Shown here: piece after piece, positions 61,933 through 64,000 of the stretch
Layout of the letters: every line of letters starts with the position of its first letter
Numbering within the stretch: the first letter of the stretch is position 1
Source of the DNA: Azolla caroliniana
Taxonomy: Eukaryota; Plantae; Polypodiophyta
DNA: 64,000 bases
NCBI GenBank assembly: GCA_043228905.1
Contig: JBHGNT010000011.1
Span: 16,120,001-16,184,000 of the forward strand
Direction of reading: 5' to 3'
Notes under the pieces: model-generated
Seen by the model: only the letters and a program-made list of their open reading frames with translations
The model's database searches: none
What the model was told of the DNA's origin: nothing
Translations under genes and position numbers: made by a program

Positions 61933-63921
61933 TTATATATACATATTAAGCATACTGATGTAAGTTGCTTTGTCTGTTTCATCTATTTCCATGGCATATT
62001 TGAAGACTTCTTTTCCTAGATTGACATTGCCCCACTTTTGGCATGCTCCCAATAGACTATGCCATAAGACAGCACCAGGATGAAAAGGCATATTTCCAAT
62101 GAATACTAATGCCCTGTCAATATGCCCTCCTCGGCCAAGCAGGTCCACCATACAGTTGAGGTGCTCGAGAGTTGGAACAATATTACAGACTTTGCTCATG
62201 AATTCAAGGTAGTGATGCCCTTCATCTATATGGCCTGTGTAACTACATGCATTGAGAATAGCGCCGAAGGTGACCACATTTGGTCGTATATTTTCTTTAA
62301 TCATTCTGTCGACCATTTGAATTGCTTGTTCACTCTCTCCAAGTTGGGCATACCCTGCGATCAATGCATTCCAGGAGACTGCACTTCTCACTTGAAGCTT
62401 GTCAAACACTTCTTGTGCTTTAGTAACCAAGCCAGACCTGGCATACATGTCAATTAAGCTACTTCCAATGATGATATCTTTCTCTAACCTCTTTTCTACA
62501 ATCTCAGCATGTATTTCCTCGCTCTTCGCTATACATCCTATACTCCCACAGGCTTTCGCACAGCATACATATGTGACTATATCAGGAGAAACACCGTCAC
62601 CATGCATTTGGTGAAAACATTCAAGGCATTTCAAGTGATTCCCTTGTTTGGAATAGGCCATGATTAGAGAAGTCCAAGAAACCACATCGCGAGTCAGAAG
62701 ACACCCAAATACTTGGTGTGCCTCGGTAACATAGCCAGCCTTACCATACATATCCACCAATACATTTCCAAGAAAAGTATCACTTTCAAGTCCTTTCCAG
62801 CAGATTTCAGTGTGTATGTCCTGCCCCTCTTTGATGGCTCCTACGATGCCTCCATATGCTTTTAAGCTGAAAGCAAATGTTAAAACATCTGGAGGGACGA
62901 CTCCATATCGCATTTGTTTGAAACATCGAAGGGCATCCACAACATACCCGTGTTCAAGATATCCTCCAATGATGGCATTCCATGAGATTATGGTTCGGAC
63001 TTGAATATTTCTGAACACTTGAATAGCTTCTGGAAGCAAGTTGCACTTCACATACACATCTACCAATGTATTTGCAACCATAGTGTCAGTTTCCATCCCT
63101 TTCTTCATCACCTGCACATGTAATTCTTGGGCCTGTTCTGTGGCAGCTAGGCCTCCACATGCTTTCAAGATGCACACAAACATAGCAGCATCTTCACAGA
63201 TGCCTTCTCCTTGCATTTGTTTGAAGCCATCGACTGCCTCTTCAAAATGCCCTTTTTCACTATATCCTACAATCAATGCAGTCCACAAGACATGATTTCG
63301 TGTCGGAATGGTATCAAACACATCCTGTGCCTGAGAAAGGCAGCCACATTTGGCATACGCATGAACAAGACTGCTACCAACCACAAGATGGGATTCCAAT
63401 CCTTTCTTGGTGATGTCCGCATGCAGCTCTTGAGCTTTGGCTGATCCTCCGGATCCTTCCATCATGCCACAAGCCTTGAGGACACAAACATATGTGACAT
63501 GATCAGGTGAGACACCGTCTCTCTGCATGCCAGATAAGCAATGGAATGCTTCCTCACTACACCCACTTTCAGTGTAGGCTGCTATCAATGCAGTCCAGGA
63601 GACAACATTGCGGAGGGTCACGGAGAGGCCATTGAAGACTTCGCGTGCTTTGGAAACGGAACCACACTTGGAATACATATCCACAAGAGCAGATGCAAGG
63701 AACACATCATCCGACTCCAACAATGATCCTTTCCTACAGATGTAACAATGTATCTCACTGCCTCTCGCCAAGTCTTTCAGCTGAGCACACGACTTCAAGA
63801 GTGCAGCGAACGTAAAGGGATCCATAATATCCTTCTCTGATTGCAGCATCTTTCCATAGAGTGAAAGGGCACGCTGGGGCTGCTCCCTCAGCTTGGTGAT
63901 GCCTCCACCTGTGACTATCAT
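61933..63921 (-). CDS. PLS-class PPR protein ending in a truncated E domain
   Basis: 662-aa ORF with PLS triplets, ILNACSYTG, HLNCMVDLLGRGG and LWHSLLGACQKW...ATYISMLNMYI*. The 5' end may extend via an upstream exon beyond the window. Confidence 0.9.
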   Translation of the reverse strand: MIVTGGGITKLREQPQRALSLYGKMLQSEKDIMDPFTFAALLKSCAQLKDLARGSEIHCYICRKGSLLESDDVFLASALVDMYSKCGSVSKAREVFNGLSVTLRNVVSWTALIAAYTESGCSEEAFHCLSGMQRDGVSPDHVTYVCVLKACGMMEGSGGSAKAQELHADITKKGLESHLVVGSSLVHAYAKCGCLSQAQDVFDTIPTRNHVLWTALIVGYSEKGHFEEAVDGFKQMQGEGICEDAAMFVCILKACGGLAATEQAQELHVQVMKKGMETDTMVANTLVDVYVKCNLLPEAIQVFRNIQVRTIISWNAIIGGYLEHGYVVDALRCFKQMRYGVVPPDVLTFAFSLKAYGGIVGAIKEGQDIHTEICWKGLESDTFLGNVLVDMYGKAGYVTEAHQVFGCLLTRDVVSWTSLIMAYSKQGNHLKCLECFHQMHGDGVSPDIVTYVCCAKACGSIGCIAKSEEIHAEIVEKRLEKDIIIGSSLIDMYARSGLVTKAQEVFDKLQVRSAVSWNALIAGYAQLGESEQAIQMVDRMIKENIRPNVVTFGAILNACSYTGHIDEGHHYLEFMSKVCNIVPTLEHLNCMVDLLGRGGHIDRALVFIGNMPFHPGAVLWHSLLGACQKWGNVNLGKEVFKYAMEIDETDKATYISMLNMYI

Positions 63922-64000
63922 AAAGAGAGGGATCTTCTGGTCATAGAGAGACAGAGGCAGAGGCAGAGGCAGAGAATATTACAAGTTACAACAGACAGAG

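Overview
This is eukaryotic plant nuclear DNA. The style of the PPR proteins suggests a fern or other non-seed plant, which is an inference. Genes: a K/S/D-rich protein with a C-terminal CHZ/HIRIP3-like histone-chaperone motif, a 5-exon TRM/LONGIFOLIA-family gene, two intronless PLS-class PPR genes that both stop within the first E motif, a multi-exon NIPA8-like Mg transporter, and a tandem cluster of EG45-like/plant natriuretic peptide genes (two intact, one internally deleted relic). Mobile DNA: a near-intact short Ty3/Gypsy with atypical features (Ala-type PBS, apparent 4-bp TSD in a TA array, -1 gag/pol frameshift), an intact young Ty1/Copia, several LINEs (one nested antisense in another), Mutator-like and hAT-like MITEs, a foldback element and a tRNA-like SINE head. 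There is also a decayed 18S rDNA fragment. I found no clearly new multi-gene system. The strongest leads are the atypical Gypsy and the charge-diverged EG45 cluster. All calls are by eye, with no database searches.
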